From positions 2,016,001 to 2,080,000 of the forward strand of contig CAXXLQ010000004.1 of the NCBI GenBank assembly GCA_963668695.2: 64,000 nucleotides of DNA, in the 5' to 3' direction. The notes below the pieces were generated by a model. It made no database searches. It was not told where the DNA came from and saw only the letters and a program-made list of their open reading frames with translations. Shown piece by piece: positions 48,168 to 59,143 of the stretch (the stretch's first letter is position 1; each line of letters opens with the position of its first letter). The stretch is from Vicinamibacteria bacterium (GTDB lineage Bacteria > Acidobacteriota > Vicinamibacteria > Marinacidobacterales > Marinacidobacteraceae). Position numbers and translations under genes: made by a program.

Positions 48168-50293
48168 CAGGCCATTCCTCCACCGTTGATTGCGGCGAGC
48201 ACCCGGTCGGGGGTCATCGGCAGCTCGTTGATCGGGACTCCGGCAGCGTTGCTCGCCGCGTTGGCGATCGCCGCTCCCGGCGCGATGACCGGCGGCTCAC
48301 CGAGGCCGATCACGCCCCGTTCGTCGTAGCCGGGTCCGGTCATCATGTGGACGATCATCTCGCCCACGTCCTCGATTCCGGCGAGCTTGTAGAACTCCAT
48401 GTCGGCATTCAGCATCAGGCCGGTGTGCGGATCGAAGATCCGTTCTTCGGTGAGCGCGTAGGTGACGCCCATGATGAGCGCTCCGTACACCTGGCTCTCC
48501 GCGGTCTTCAGGTCGAGGACCAGCCCGCAGTCCTGGACCGCCACCAGCCGGTTGATGGAGACCACGCCGGTCTCCATGTCCACGCTGACGTCGGCCATCT
48601 GGACGCCGCACACCCCGCTGTCGTTCAGTTGACCCGGGCCGGGGTTGGCGCCGGCGGCGGACACCGGGTTCACCCCGATGAGGGTCGCGGCCTGCCGCCA
48701 GGGCATCGCTGCCATGGAGCCGTCCTGGAAGTGGAGCTGGCCCTCCTTGAGTTGAAGGTTCGCGGCCTCGGTCCCGAGCCGGGGTGCGATCCGCTCGAAC
48801 ACCGCATCCACGGCGTTGAGCGCCGCCCGGCGGGTGGAGCCGCTGACCCCTCCCACCGTGGTGCTGCCTCCCGAGGCGCCGGAGGCCGGGAGCACGCTCC
48901 GCCCCATGGTCACCTTGACCTGGTCGATCCCGACGCCGAAGGTCTCGGCGAGCACCAGGGCGATCACCGTGCGGGTTCCGGTGCCGAGGTCCTGACTCCC
49001 GATGCGGGCTTCGACCAGCCCGTCGCGGTAGGCGAGCACCTCGCAGTTGCTCCGGTGGCCGCGTCCGCCCCAGGTGTGGAGCGCGAGGCCGAGTCCGGAA
49101 CGCACCGTCCCGGTGGCCGAACCACGCGGGCGCCAGCGATCGCGCCAGCCCATCAGTTCGGCGGCTTTTTCGAGCTCCTCGGAGTAGACGCCGGACCGCT
49201 CGCCGGTCTTGTCGATGTTCTTCAGGAACATCGCGAGCGGGTCCATTCCCGCCGCGTGGGCGAGGTCCTCGAGCGCCCGCATCGTGACGAAGCACGCCTG
49301 CGGGTGGTTCGGCGCGCGCCAGGCCCGCGCCGGCCCGGTGTTGGTGGGCACCGAGGTGTGGGCGTGGGTCTGGTCGGCGAAGCCGAATACGTAGGGAATC
49401 GGCGGCGAGCCGGCGCCCGACGGACCCCCGGACCCCCAACTCTTCGAATCCCAGGCGACCACGTTGCCGTCGGCGTCGGCGGCTGCCGAAATCTCCGCGT
49501 GGGTGGAGGGGCGCGCACCGGCGACGCTGACTTCCTGGTCGCGGTCGAGCATCAGCTTTACCGGACGCCCGGTCATGCGCGCGAGTTCCGCGCAGACCAC
49601 GCCCCAGCGGTCGACGCTGAACTTGCTGCCGAAGCCGCCGCCCATGTACTGGGTCTCGACGTGGACGTTCGAGGCCGGGATGCCGATCGCTTCGCCGAGC
49701 TGCGAAGCCACGCCGGAAATGGCCTGCGTGGAGGCCCAGACCGTCACCGTCTCCTCGTCCTCCCATTCGGCGACCTGGCCGTGGGGTTCGAGGGAGCAGT
49801 GGGCGATCTGGGCCACGTGGTAGGTGCCGTTCGAGCGGGTCGCCGCCGAGGCCATGGCGGCCGCCGGGTCGCCGGTGGTCTCCGCCTGGGCGGGCTGGGC
49901 GTCGGGCGCCTCGTCCACGGCGCGCTCGTTCACGAAGTGCGGCAGCACCTCGTAGTCGACCTTCACCGCGGCCGCGGCGTCGCGCGCCACCTCTTCGGAG
50001 GTGGCCGCCACCGCCACGATCTCGTCGTGGGCCCACTGGATCTCGGTCCCCACGTCCTGAATGACGTGGACCTTGACCACCCCGTCCATCGCCTCGGCGG
50101 CCGACGTGTCGATGCCGGTGATGCGGGCGTGGGCGTGCGGACTCTGGACCATGACCGCCCAGACCATGCCGAGCCGGTTCATGTCGTAGGCGTATTTCGC
50201 CCGTCCGGTCACCTTGACCGGGCCGTCGAGCCGGCTGATGCGTTTGCCGATGTGCAGGCGGTCGCCTGCTGCGGGCCAGGTGTACTCAGCCAT
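48167..50293 (-). CDS. Xanthine-dehydrogenase-family molybdopterin-binding subunit
   Basis: KVTGRAKY, MGGGFGSK, WRAP, QDLGTG, QVYGA, GLGEP. Confidence 0.93.
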   Translation of the reverse strand: MAEYTWPAAGDRLHIGKRISRLDGPVKVTGRAKYAYDMNRLGMVWAVMVQSPHAHARITGIDTSAAEAMDGVVKVHVIQDVGTEIQWAHDEIVAVAATSEEVARDAAAAVKVDYEVLPHFVNERAVDEAPDAQPAQAETTGDPAAAMASAATRSNGTYHVAQIAHCSLEPHGQVAEWEDEETVTVWASTQAISGVASQLGEAIGIPASNVHVETQYMGGGFGSKFSVDRWGVVCAELARMTGRPVKLMLDRDQEVSVAGARPSTHAEISAAADADGNVVAWDSKSWGSGGPSGAGSPPIPYVFGFADQTHAHTSVPTNTGPARAWRAPNHPQACFVTMRALEDLAHAAGMDPLAMFLKNIDKTGERSGVYSEELEKAAELMGWRDRWRPRGSATGTVRSGLGLALHTWGGRGHRSNCEVLAYRDGLVEARIGSQDLGTGTRTVIALVLAETFGVGIDQVKVTMGRSVLPASGASGGSTTVGGVSGSTRRAALNAVDAVFERIAPRLGTEAANLQLKEGQLHFQDGSMAAMPWRQAATLIGVNPVSAAGANPGPGQLNDSGVCGVQMADVSVDMETGVVSINRLVAVQDCGLVLDLKTAESQVYGALIMGVTYALTEERIFDPHTGLMLNADMEFYKLAGIEDVGEMIVHMMTGPGYDERGVIGLGEPPVIAPGAAIANAASNAAGVPINELPMTPDRVLAAINGGGMA

Positions 50294-50966
50294 TGGTGGT
50301 TCCTCCTGCGGAGGCCTGGGCCACGGCGGCCCGGATGCCGGCGTAGGTGCCGCAGCGACACAGGTTGCCGCCGAGTTCCCGGTGGATGGTGTCCCGGTCG
50401 GGGTTCGGATGACGGTTCAGAAGCGCCGTGCTGGCGACGATGAAGCCGGGAGTGCAGAAGCCGCACTGCTGCGCGTCGTTGTCCACGAACGCCTGCTGGA
50501 TCGGTTGCATGTTTTCCGGCGATCCGATGCCCTCGATGGTGGTGATGTCCACGCCCTGCGCTTCGATCGCGAGCACCGAGCAGGAATAGACCGGATCCCC
50601 GTTCATGAGCACCGTGCAGGCGCCGCAGGTTCCGCGGTCGCAGACCTTCTTGGCGCCGGTCAGGTCGAGGTGGTTTCGGAGCGCATCGAGCAGCGTGACC
50701 CTGGGTTCCAGGGTGGCTACGCGCGCCTTGCCGTTGATCTTGAAGGCCATGTCCACCGCGCCCGGCCCGGCGATTCCCGGCTCTCCCTGAGCCGCGGCTT
50801 CATCCAGCATGCCGGACAGCAACCCCGCGGAGGCGGCGCCGGCGGCGGCGCTTCCCCGCAGGAACTGGCGGCGGGAGAATCCTCCCGGCGGCGGCGTTCC
50901 GGCCTGCTCGCTGCTCTCTTCGGGGAGCTCCCGGCGAGGCGTTTTCGGGTACCTGGTCTGGGCCAT
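50286..50966 (-). CDS. 2Fe-2S subunit with Tat signal (PaoA/YagT-like)
   Basis: SRRQFL; CDRGTCGAC, QCGFCTPG, NLCRCG. Confidence 0.93.
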   Translation of the reverse strand: MAQTRYPKTPRRELPEESSEQAGTPPPGGFSRRQFLRGSAAAGAASAGLLSGMLDEAAAQGEPGIAGPGAVDMAFKINGKARVATLEPRVTLLDALRNHLDLTGAKKVCDRGTCGACTVLMNGDPVYSCSVLAIEAQGVDITTIEGIGSPENMQPIQQAFVDNDAQQCGFCTPGFIVASTALLNRHPNPDRDTIHRELGGNLCRCGTYAGIRAAVAQASAGGTTNG

Positions 50967-51006
50967 CGAAGTCCCTCCGGATCGAGTTTTCAAGAGGGCG
51001 ACTATA

Positions 51007-51788
51007 ACAGTCGGTGGTGGAACCCACGTGAGCGCCGAGGCCGGTGAGGCGCCCGGCTGACAAGGCGCGTGAGGGAGGAATACCGGGTGTATTCCGACCG
51101 AAACGCAACGATGAGCGGCGCGCAGCAGAGCGGTGAACAGCCGGTGGTGGAACCCGGGTGAGCGCCGAGGCCGAGGCCCAGTGGTGGAACCCCGTGAGCG
51201 CCGAGGCGCAGCGACGCGGGCCAGTTCTCCCGGAGGGGGCGAGGCCCAGTTCTCCCGGTGGGGCCAGGGGCCCGGCTGACAAGGCGCGTGAGGGAGGAAT
51301 ACCGGGTGTCTTTCGACCGAAACGCAACGATGAGCGGCGCGCAGCGACGCGGTGAACAGCCGGGGTGGATCGCCGGGGCCGAGCGCCGATGAGCCGGCGA
51401 GAACTGGGCCGCGTGGGTTTCACTACCGGGCGGTTCAGCCGGGATGGATCGCCGGCCGAGCCCCCACCGGGAGAACTGGGCCGCGTGGGTTTCACTACCG
51501 GCTGTTTGGCCGGGATGGATCGCCGGCCGAGCCCCCACCGGGAGAACTGGGCCGCCGGGTTTCACTACCGGCTGTTTGGCCGGGATGGATCGCCGGCCGA
51601 GCCCCCACCGGGAGAACTGGGCCGCGCGGGTTTCATCACAGGCTGTTTGGCCGGGATGGATCGCCGGCCGAGCCCCCACCGGGAGAACTGGGCCGCGCGG
51701 GTTTCATCACAGGCTGTTTGGCCGGGATGGATCGCCGGCCGAGCCCCCACCGGGAGAACTGGGCCGCGTGGGTTTCACCACCGGCTGT
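51007..51788. mobile_element. MITE family A composite with five tandem 70-71-bp right-end units
   Basis: TA-ACAGTC...GGCTGT-TA; units start 51438, 51509, 51579, 51650, 51721. Confidence 0.82.
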
Positions 51789-51852
51789 TAGCAGTCGAAA
51801 GGCCCCCGCCGGGAGGGGCCAACCGCCGCTCCCGCCGGTTACGATCCCGGAT

Positions 51853-52245
51853 ATGCGGCGCGTTTCCCCGTCATTCCCGGATCCGTCCTTCACGGACCGG
51901 CGCCGGCGTGATCCGGTCCCGATCGGGGAACTCGTCGGCCTGACCCTGCCGCGCCGTGTGCGGGGGGGCATCCTCGACCTCGGTTTCCTGAAGACGCTCT
52001 GGGAGCAGGCGGCGCCCGACGGGATCGCTGGCAAGGCCGTTCCGGTGCGCTTCGAGAACGGGGTCCTGACGATCCTCGCCTCCGACCCGGGGACCCGCGC
52101 CGCGGCGCACCGCCGGCGGCTGGAAATCGCGCGCCGGCTGGTGAGCGCCGCCGGCCTTCCGGACGCCCGGCTGCGGGTGCGCGTCGAGCTCGGCGATCCG
52201 GCGGCGTCGCGGCCCGGAGGAGCGGAGTCAGGAGCGGAGTCATGA
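51853..52245 (+). CDS. DUF721/DciA-like protein
   Basis: PVPIGELV...[11 protein letters not shown]...[11 protein letters not shown] pattern; coupled to thiolase start. Confidence 0.6.
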   Translation: MRRVSPSFPDPSFTDRRRRDPVPIGELVGLTLPRRVRGGILDLGFLKTLWEQAAPDGIAGKAVPVRFENGVLTILASDPGTRAAAHRRRLEIARRLVSAAGLPDARLRVRVELGDPAASRPGGAESGAES

Positions 52246-53444
52246 CCGGGGCGGCGCCGGACGGCGGCCCACCGGTCTGGATCTCCTCCGCGGTCCGCAC
52301 TCCGATCGGGAAGCTGCTCGGCGGGCTATCTCCGCTGCCCGCCCCGAAACTCGGCGCGCTGGTGGTCCGGGAAGCGGTGGAACGGGCCGCGGTGCCGGCG
52401 GACGCCGTGGACGAGGTCATCCTCGGGAACGTGCTCACCGCCGGACTCGGCCAAAACCCCGCCCGCCAGGCGGCGCTCGGCGCGGGACTGCCCGCCGGGA
52501 CCGGCGCGCTCACCATCAACAAGGTGTGCGGGTCGGGGCTGAAGGCGGTGATGCTCGCCCGCCAGGCGATCCTCGCCGGGGATGCGGACGTGGTGGTCGC
52601 GGGCGGGATGGAGTCCATGTCGAACGCCCCGCACCTCGTTTCCGGGATGCGGGCCGGATCGAAGATGGGGGACGGCACCCTCGTGGATTCGATGGTGCAC
52701 GATGGGCTCACGGACGCCTTCGAGGACATCCATATGGGCGAGACCGCGGAGCGGGTCGCGGACCGCTACGGCGTGACCCGCGAGGCGATGGACGCTTGCG
52801 CCGCCGAGAGTCAGCGCCGCGCCCACGCCGCCACCGAGGCCGGCCGCTTCGCCGCCGAGATCCTTCCGGTGGAGGTTCCGGGGCGCAAGGGCCCGGTGGT
52901 GGTCGAGCGGGACGAGGGCATCCGCCCGGACGCCACCGAGGCGTCGCTCGCGCTGCTCCGTCCGGTCTTCCGGAAGGACGGCCGGGTGACCGCGGGGAAC
53001 GCTCCCGGGGTGAACGACGGCGCCGCTGCGCTGGTGATCGCCTCGGACGCGGCGGTCCGGCGCCACGGCCTGCCGCGCCTCGCGCGGATCGTCGGGCAGG
53101 CGGTCTCGGGACTCGAGCCCCAGTGGGTGATGATGACCCCGGTGCCGGCCGTCCGGAGGCTTCTCGAGCGGCTCGACTGGACGGTGGACGGGGTGGACTG
53201 CTTCGAGATCAACGAGGCCTTCGCCGCCCAGGCGGTGGCGGTGCGCGGAGAACTCGGGCTCCCGGCGGACCGGACGAACATGAACGGGGGCGCGGTCGCG
53301 CTCGGCCACCCCATCGGGGCGAGCGGGGCCCGCATCCTCACCACGCTGCTGTATCTGCTCCGGGAGCACCAGCTGGACCGGGGCGTTGCGAGCCTTTGTC
53401 TCGGCGGCGGCAACGGGGTCGCTCTGGGAGTGGAACGTGCCTGA
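52242..53444 (+). CDS. Acetyl-CoA acetyltransferase (thiolase)
   Basis: [37 protein letters not shown]. Confidence 0.95.
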   Translation: MTGAAPDGGPPVWISSAVRTPIGKLLGGLSPLPAPKLGALVVREAVERAAVPADAVDEVILGNVLTAGLGQNPARQAALGAGLPAGTGALTINKVCGSGLKAVMLARQAILAGDADVVVAGGMESMSNAPHLVSGMRAGSKMGDGTLVDSMVHDGLTDAFEDIHMGETAERVADRYGVTREAMDACAAESQRRAHAATEAGRFAAEILPVEVPGRKGPVVVERDEGIRPDATEASLALLRPVFRKDGRVTAGNAPGVNDGAAALVIASDAAVRRHGLPRLARIVGQAVSGLEPQWVMMTPVPAVRRLLERLDWTVDGVDCFEINEAFAAQAVAVRGELGLPADRTNMNGGAVALGHPIGASGARILTTLLYLLREHQLDRGVASLCLGGGNGVALGVERA

Positions 53445-54324
53445 TCCGGCCGCGCTGCGGCGCGCCCTGGTCGTGGGCGCCGGGACCATGGGGAACGGCA
53501 TCGCCCAGGTCTTTGCGCTTGCCGGGATCGAGGTCGATCTCGTGGACATCCGGGAAGAGTTCACGGCGCGGGGGATGGCGACCATCGAGAAGAACCTGGG
53601 ACGCCAGGTGAAGCGGGGAACGGTGTCCGAGCCGGAAGCGGCCGCCGCGCTTTCCCGCATCCGGCCGGGAACGGAGATGGCGCCCGCCGCCGACGCGGAG
53701 TTCGTGATCGAGGCCATCGTCGAAGACGAAGCCAAGAAACTCTCGCTCCACGCCGCGCTCGAGCCGCGGCTGCCGCCGGAGACGATCCTCGCGACGAACA
53801 CCTCGTCGATCTCCATCACCCGGCTCGGCGCTCGGTCGGGCCGTGCCGACCGGTTCATCGGCATGCACTTCATGAACCCGGTTCCGGTCATGGAACTGGT
53901 GGAGGTCATCCGGGGGCTCGAGACCTCGGACCCGGTGTTCGAAACCACCATGGGCCTCGCGCGCCGCCTCGGGAAGACGCCCTGCGCGGTCAACGACGCT
54001 CCCGGGTTCGTCTCCAACCGGGTCCTCATGCCCATGATCAACGAGGCCGCCTTCGCGCTCATGGAAGGCGTCGCCGCCGCCCGGGACATTGACCGGATCA
54101 TGACGCTCGGGATGCGGCACCCGATGGGGCCGCTCGCCCTCGCCGATCTCATCGGCCTCGACGTGGTGCTCGACATCCTCCGGGTCCTCCAGGAGGGGTT
54201 CGGGGACCCGCGCTACCGCCCGTGTCCGCTCCTCGTGAAGCTGGTGGACGCCGGCCGGCTCGGCAAGAAGACCGGCCGCGGCTTTTACGACTACCCGGGT
54301 CCGGGCGCCGGAACGGGCGGGTAA
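53437..54324 (+). CDS. hbd: 3-hydroxybutyryl-CoA dehydrogenase
   Basis: [46 protein letters not shown]. Confidence 0.92.
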   Translation: MPDPAALRRALVVGAGTMGNGIAQVFALAGIEVDLVDIREEFTARGMATIEKNLGRQVKRGTVSEPEAAAALSRIRPGTEMAPAADAEFVIEAIVEDEAKKLSLHAALEPRLPPETILATNTSSISITRLGARSGRADRFIGMHFMNPVPVMELVEVIRGLETSDPVFETTMGLARRLGKTPCAVNDAPGFVSNRVLMPMINEAAFALMEGVAAARDIDRIMTLGMRHPMGPLALADLIGLDVVLDILRVLQEGFGDPRYRPCPLLVKLVDAGRLGKKTGRGFYDYPGPGAGTGG

Positions 54325-54441
54325 CAGCCTGTGGACGGAGTGGTGTGAGCGCCGAGGTCGGCGTTCTCTCGGCGGACGAGGCGCGCGCCGGCCGAGCCCC
54401 CACCGGGAGAACTGGGCCGCGCCACTCCGTTTACAGGCTGT
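54324..54441. mobile_element. Short MITE family A derivative
   Basis: 20-bp imperfect inverted ends acagcctgtggacggagtgg / ccactccgtttacaggctgt; begins in hbd TAA stop; one 20-nt module. Confidence 0.72.
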
Positions 54442-54580
54442 TCGCACCTTCCCGCGGGCTTTTTGCGCCGGGGTGGGACAAAATTTGGCTCAATTCCGTC
54501 TTAGCCTTTAGAGACCTGAAGCGGCGCCGCCGGCCCTGGGGCTGGGGCGCCCAATTCCGACGAGGAGACTCCCGCCAGCC

Positions 54581-55663
54581 ATGAAGCCAGCCATGAAGCC
54601 AGACGTCAAGAAAGCGCAGAGCGCCGAGCAGCGTTCCCGCGCCCTCGACATCGCCCTCGAGCAAATCCAGAAACAGTTCGGCCGGGGGGCCATCATGCGC
54701 CTCGGCCAGTCCGCCCTGGACGTGTTGTCCATCCCGACCGGCGTGATTTCGCTGGACGCCGCCCTCGGGGTGGGCGGCTTTCCCCGCGGCCGGGTGATCG
54801 AGGTGTTCGGGCCGGAGTCTTCCGGAAAGACCACCCTGGCGCTCACGGTGGTCGCCTCCGCCCAGGCGCTCGGCGGCGTCGCGGCCTTCGTGGACGCCGA
54901 GCACGCCCTGGATCCGGTCTACTGCCGGGCGCTCGGGGTGAATACGGACGAGCTGCTCGTGTCCCAGCCCGACGACGGCGAGCAGGCGCTCGAGATCACC
55001 GAGACGCTGGTGCGCAGCGGCTCGGTGGATGTCATAGTGGTGGACTCGGTCGCCGCCCTCGTACCCCGCGCCGAGCTCGACGGGGAGATGGGGGACTCCC
55101 AGGTGGGCCTCCAGGCGCGTCTCATGTCGAAGGCGCTCCGCAAGCTCACCGGGATCGTCTCGAAGTCGGCGACCTGTCTGGTCTTCATCAACCAGCTCCG
55201 CGAGAAGATCGGGGTCATGTTCGGCAACCCGGAGACCACCAGCGGCGGACGCGCGCTCAAGTTCTATTCCTCGGTGCGCGTGGACATCCGGCGGATCGGC
55301 GCCCTCAAGGAAGGGGACGCCGTGATCGGGAACCGGACGCGGGTCAAGATCGTGAAGAACAAGGTGGCGCCTCCCTTCCGGCAGGCGGAGTTCGATATGC
55401 GCTACGGCGAGGGGATTTCCCGGACCGGCGACTTGATCGATCTGGCGGTGAAGGAGCGGATCATCGAAAAGAGCGGCGCCTGGTATTCGTACCAGGGCGA
55501 ACAGATCGGCCAGGGACGGGAGCGGGTCCGCCGCGCCCTTCTGGAAGATGAGCCGCTGGCGGCGGAGATCGAATCCCGGGTGCGGAAGGCGCTCGGCCTT
55601 TCAGGGGGGGATGATGCGGATGACGGGGTTGGCGGGGACACTGCGACCGGCGCGAAGGGCTGA
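54581..55663 (+). CDS. recA: Recombinase A
   Basis: [45 protein letters not shown]. Confidence 0.98.
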   Translation: MKPAMKPDVKKAQSAEQRSRALDIALEQIQKQFGRGAIMRLGQSALDVLSIPTGVISLDAALGVGGFPRGRVIEVFGPESSGKTTLALTVVASAQALGGVAAFVDAEHALDPVYCRALGVNTDELLVSQPDDGEQALEITETLVRSGSVDVIVVDSVAALVPRAELDGEMGDSQVGLQARLMSKALRKLTGIVSKSATCLVFINQLREKIGVMFGNPETTSGGRALKFYSSVRVDIRRIGALKEGDAVIGNRTRVKIVKNKVAPPFRQAEFDMRYGEGISRTGDLIDLAVKERIIEKSGAWYSYQGEQIGQGRERVRRALLEDEPLAAEIESRVRKALGLSGGDDADDGVGGDTATGAKG

Positions 55664-55709
55664 TCGCTGTGCCAAACTACCGCGCCCGCGCGACCTGCGG
55701 GGGCCCGTA

Positions 55710-55782
<73 letters not shown>

Positions 55783-55904
55783 CCCAGGCCGGAGCGGACC
55801 CGAAGGGGCCGCCCGGCGCTGTGTGCCGGTCTCCGCCCGGCGTCGTCCGCGGAATGCGGGCGAGACCGCGAATCGCCGACTGAGAGGAAGCGCGGGGACG
55901 GCTT

Positions 55905-56104
55905 GGAACGCCGACCTCCGGTCGGCACAGCGGCGCGCAGCGCCGCGGGCGGTTCACCGCTGATCGTGGGAGAGGGCACGCAGGCCCGGGAACGCCGACC
56001 TCCGGCCAGTCCTCCCGGTGGTCGGCACAGCTGCGCGTCAGCGCAGCGAACGGCGCACCGCCGATCCACTTCAAGCGCGGCCGGTATAGGGAACGCCGCC
56101 TCCA
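55905..56104 (+). repeat. REP-like family D (ggaacgccgacctccggtcggc), three units
   Basis: Units near 55905, 55988 (carries truncated module) and a truncated one near 56089. Confidence 0.65.
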
Positions 56105-56118
56105 ACTGACCTGCGTTA

Positions 56119-56354
56119 ACAGCCTGTGGTGAAACCCGGGTGAGCGCCGAGGTTGGCCAGTTCTCCCGGTGGGGGCGAGGCCCAGTTCTCCCGGTGGGGC
56201 CAGTTCTCCCGGTGGGGGCCCGGCTGACAAGGCGCGTGAGGGAGGAATACCTGGTGTATTTCGACCGAAACGCAACGCAGAACGGAGCGAAGCGGAGTGG
56301 TTCAGCCGGGATGGATCGCCAGCCGAACGCCGCTTGGCTTTTACCACAGGCTGT
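56119..56354. mobile_element. MITE family A, 236 bp, TA duplication
   Basis: TA-ACAGCC...GGCTGT-TA; same length and module layout as 40880-41115; degenerate partial copy follows to about 56445. Confidence 0.85.
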
Positions 56355-56539
56355 TAGGCGCGTGAGGGAGGTGCGACGCCAGCGCCGCAAAGCGGCGCGG
56401 TTCAGGCGGGATGCATCGCCGCTCGAACGCCGCCTGGAGGCTGTTAAGCGCGTGCGACAGCCAGCCTGCCCCGGGGACGTGAAGGCGGAATACAAGGAAT
56501 CCGGGTATCCTTACTTTCTCCCGTCACAGGAGACACCCC

Positions 56540-56767
56540 TTGCTCGCCAAATTGACATCCAAGAATCAAATCACCCTGCCCAAGGCGGTGATCGCGGATT
56601 TCCCCGACTCCCGGTACTTCGACGTGACCAAAGAGAACGGAAAGATCGTCTTGACGCCGGTGCGCCTCACGCGGGCTGATTCGGTACGCGCCAAGCTCTC
56701 CGAACTCGGCATTACCGAGGCCGACGTGGCGGGAGCCGTCGCTTGGGCCCGTCGGCCCTCCGAATAG
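56540..56767 (+). CDS. AbrB/MazE/SpoVT-family antitoxin
   Basis: AKLTSKNQITLPK...GKIVLTP. Confidence 0.88.
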   Translation: MLAKLTSKNQITLPKAVIADFPDSRYFDVTKENGKIVLTPVRLTRADSVRAKLSELGITEADVAGAVAWARRPSE

Positions 56768-56773
56768 GCCTGC

Positions 56774-57202
56774 GTGGCTGCGCCGCACCTCGTTCTGGAC
56801 ACGAACGTGGTGCTCTCGGCCCTTGTCTTCCCTGCGGGGGTGCTGTCGTGGCTGCGCGGGGCGTGGCAAGCGGGCCAGGTCGTTCCGTTAGTTGGCCGTG
56901 CGACCGCCGAGGAACTGATTCGGACTCTCGCCTATCCGAAGTTTCGGTTGACCGACGAGGAGCAGGAGGAGTTGCTGGCCGACTATCTGCCGTGGTGCGA
57001 GACGGTTCGGGTGCTTCGACCGCCCGCCGTACCCGAATGCCGGGATCCGTCAGATCGCTCTTTCCTCGAACTGGCGCTCGTGGGTGGGGCCGGTGCCCTC
57101 GTTACCGGAGACAACGATTTGCTCGCTCTTGCGCCGCAGTTTTCTGTTCCCATTCTCGATCCCGCGGCATTGCGGGCGCGCCTTCAGATCGGGCGGCTCT
57201 GA
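56774..57202 (+). CDS. PIN-domain toxin
   Basis: VLDTNVVLSAL, CRDPSD..FL, LVTGDNDLL. Confidence 0.9.
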   Translation: MAAPHLVLDTNVVLSALVFPAGVLSWLRGAWQAGQVVPLVGRATAEELIRTLAYPKFRLTDEEQEELLADYLPWCETVRVLRPPAVPECRDPSDRSFLELALVGGAGALVTGDNDLLALAPQFSVPILDPAALRARLQIGRL

Positions 57203-57454
57203 GGCTCACCCGGCTGGCTCCGGCGGACAAGGCGCCGGCGTTCCCGCCCCTACTGGCTGTTCTTCGCGGCCGTGGTTTCCACCACCTGAGCGAGCATTTC
57301 CGCGGTGCGGGTGCAGAATTTCCAGGAAGTTTTCCTCCCAGGAGTCAGTTTCTGGCGGCGAATTGAGCTGGATTAGGCGCAAATCGAGAAACCCACTGTA
57401 TTTTCCTTGAAAAACTGTTGGTAGTCATCTGATTTTCAAGTATTTTCGCGTGCC

Positions 57455-58696
57455 ATGATCCTCGCACGCCCCGGTGCGATTCGGCGTATTGCCCAGTCGT
57501 TCCGGGTCCATCCCGCGGTGGCGTTGCTCGGGCCCCGCCAGTGCGGCAAGACAACCCTGGCCCGCCTCTTGGCCGCTGGCGAGCCGGTATCCACGTTCTT
57601 CGACCTGGAGCGGGATGCCGACTTCCGGCGTCTCCAGAACCCGGAGGCGACCCTCTCGCCCCTCGGCGGACTCGTCGTGGTGGACGAGATCCAACTTCTC
57701 CCGCAGTTGTTCCGGGCGCTGCGGCCCATCATCGACCATCCGGCCGCCGCGGCCCGGTTTCTGTTACTCGGGAGCGTGTCGCCGACGGTCGTCAAGGGAG
57801 CGTCGGAATCGCTTGCCGGCCGGGTGGGGCTGGTGGACCTCGCCGGGTTCGATCTCGGCGAGGTTGGGTCGGGCCCGGACTGGCGGATCCTCTGGGAGCG
57901 TGGAGGCTTCCCCCGCAGCTATCTCCAACCGGACACGAGTGCGTCCCCGGACACGAGTGCGTCCCCGGACACGAGTGCGTCCCCGGACACGAGTGCGTCC
58001 CCGGACACGAGTGCGTCCTACGAATGGCGCGAGAACTTCATCCAGACTTTTCTGCAGCGCGACATTCCCGCGCTCGGGGGAAACGTCCCGGCCGCGGCGC
58101 TCCGTCGCTTCTGGTCCATGACGGCGCATTTTCACGGGCAGGTCTGGAACGCCGCCGAGTTCGCCCGCGCCCTCGGGCAGGGGGAGGCGGCGGCGCGCCG
58201 CTACCTCGACTTGCTCGCCGGCGCGTTCGTGGTCAGGGCGCTTCCCCCGTGGTTCGAAAACCTCAAGAAACGCCAGGTCCGTTCCCCCAAGGTGTACGTG
58301 CGCGACACCGGCATGCTCCACGCTCTGCTCGGCGTGCCGTCCCTCGCCGTGCTCACCGGCCACCCGAAGGTCGGAGCCTCGTTCGAGGGTTTTGCCGTCG
58401 AACAGATCTGCGCCGCCCTGTCTCCCCGCGATCCCTTCTTCTGGGCCACCCACGCCGGCGCGGAACTCGATCTCCTGCTGACCTCGAACGGCAAGCGCTA
58501 CGGCTTCGAGGTCAAGTTCACCGAGGCGCCCCGCACCACCCGCTCGATGCGGGTCGCGCTCTCCGACCTCGGTCTCGAACGCCTTTTCGTGGTCTATCCG
58601 GGGGATGAGGGCTATCCCCTCGATTCCCGGATCGAGGCTCTTCCCGTGCGTGAAATCCCGCGGCTACCCGCGCGTCCGGAGTTTGCCGCGGGGTGA
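57455..58696 (+). CDS. AAA_14 ATPase with DUF4143 domain
   Basis: GPRQCGKTT, VDEIQ, ESLAGR, GGFP, SPKVYVRDTG, ELDLL..GFEVK. Confidence 0.9.
   Translation: MILARPGAIRRIAQSFRVHPAVALLGPRQCGKTTLARLLAAGEPVSTFFDLERDADFRRLQNPEATLSPLGGLVVVDEIQLLPQLFRALRPIIDHPAAAARFLLLGSVSPTVVKGASESLAGRVGLVDLAGFDLGEVGSGPDWRILWERGGFPRSYLQPDTSASPDTSASPDTSASPDTSASPDTSASYEWRENFIQTFLQRDIPALGGNVPAAALRRFWSMTAHFHGQVWNAAEFARALGQGEAAARRYLDLLAGAFVVRALPPWFENLKKRQVRSPKVYVRDTGMLHALLGVPSLAVLTGHPKVGASFEGFAVEQICAALSPRDPFFWATHAGAELDLLLTSNGKRYGFEVKFTEAPRTTRSMRVALSDLGLERLFVVYPGDEGYPLDSRIEALPVREIPRLPARPEFAAG
57929..58018 (+). repeat. In-frame VNTR, 5 x 18 bp (PDTSAS)
   Basis: ccggacacgagtgcgtcc repeated five times perfectly. Confidence 0.95.
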
Positions 58697-58779
58697 GGAG
58701 GGAGCGTAGGCGTCCTTCACGGGGGTCAGCGCCATGCGGGTGGAGAGCGGTACGCGGTTTCGCGGCCCTGGCGGGCTGC

Positions 58780-59142
58780 GGTGCCGGCCGGAAGCCGGCG
58801 TTCCTGACGTGTGTGCCGTGCGGGTGAGTGGCGGAGGGAGTTTCGCCCGCTGTGCGGCCGCGATGCCGGTCTGAAGACCGGCGTTCCCAGCCCTCCGGGC
58901 CGCGGTGCCGACCGGAAGCCGGCGTTCCTGTGCCGTGCGGGTGAGTGGCGGAGGGAGTTTCGCCCGCTGCGCGGGCGATGGCGGTCTGAAGGGCCCCACC
59001 GGGAGAACTGCCCGGCGCTCCTGCGGTCGCGGGCCATTCCTCCCGCGGGGGTACGTGCCGAGACGGGAGCCATCCCGGAAACGGGCTGATACGCCGTCCG
59101 CCCCGCTGCGCGGGCGATGCCGGTGTGAACACCGGCGCTCCC
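58780..59142 (-). repeat. Cluster of family C-related REP-like units
   Basis: gggagtttcgcccgctg..cgatg.cggtctgaag..ccggcg.tcc twice (about 125-bp duplication), one with module; gccggtgtgaacaccggcgctcc at end. Confidence 0.7.
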
Positions 59143-59143
59143 T

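Noticed and set aside
51438-51788. CRISPR-like periodic array (also 9300-9563)
   Set aside because: Units are nearly identical along their full length, with no unique spacers and no cas genes; they are MITE right ends.
54442-54580. LexA box upstream of recA
   Set aside because: No convincing match to SOS-box consensus sequences I know.
54581-54604. 12-bp duplication at the recA start (atgaagccagcc/atgaagccagac)
   Set aside because: Trivial in-frame slippage that only makes the start ambiguous.
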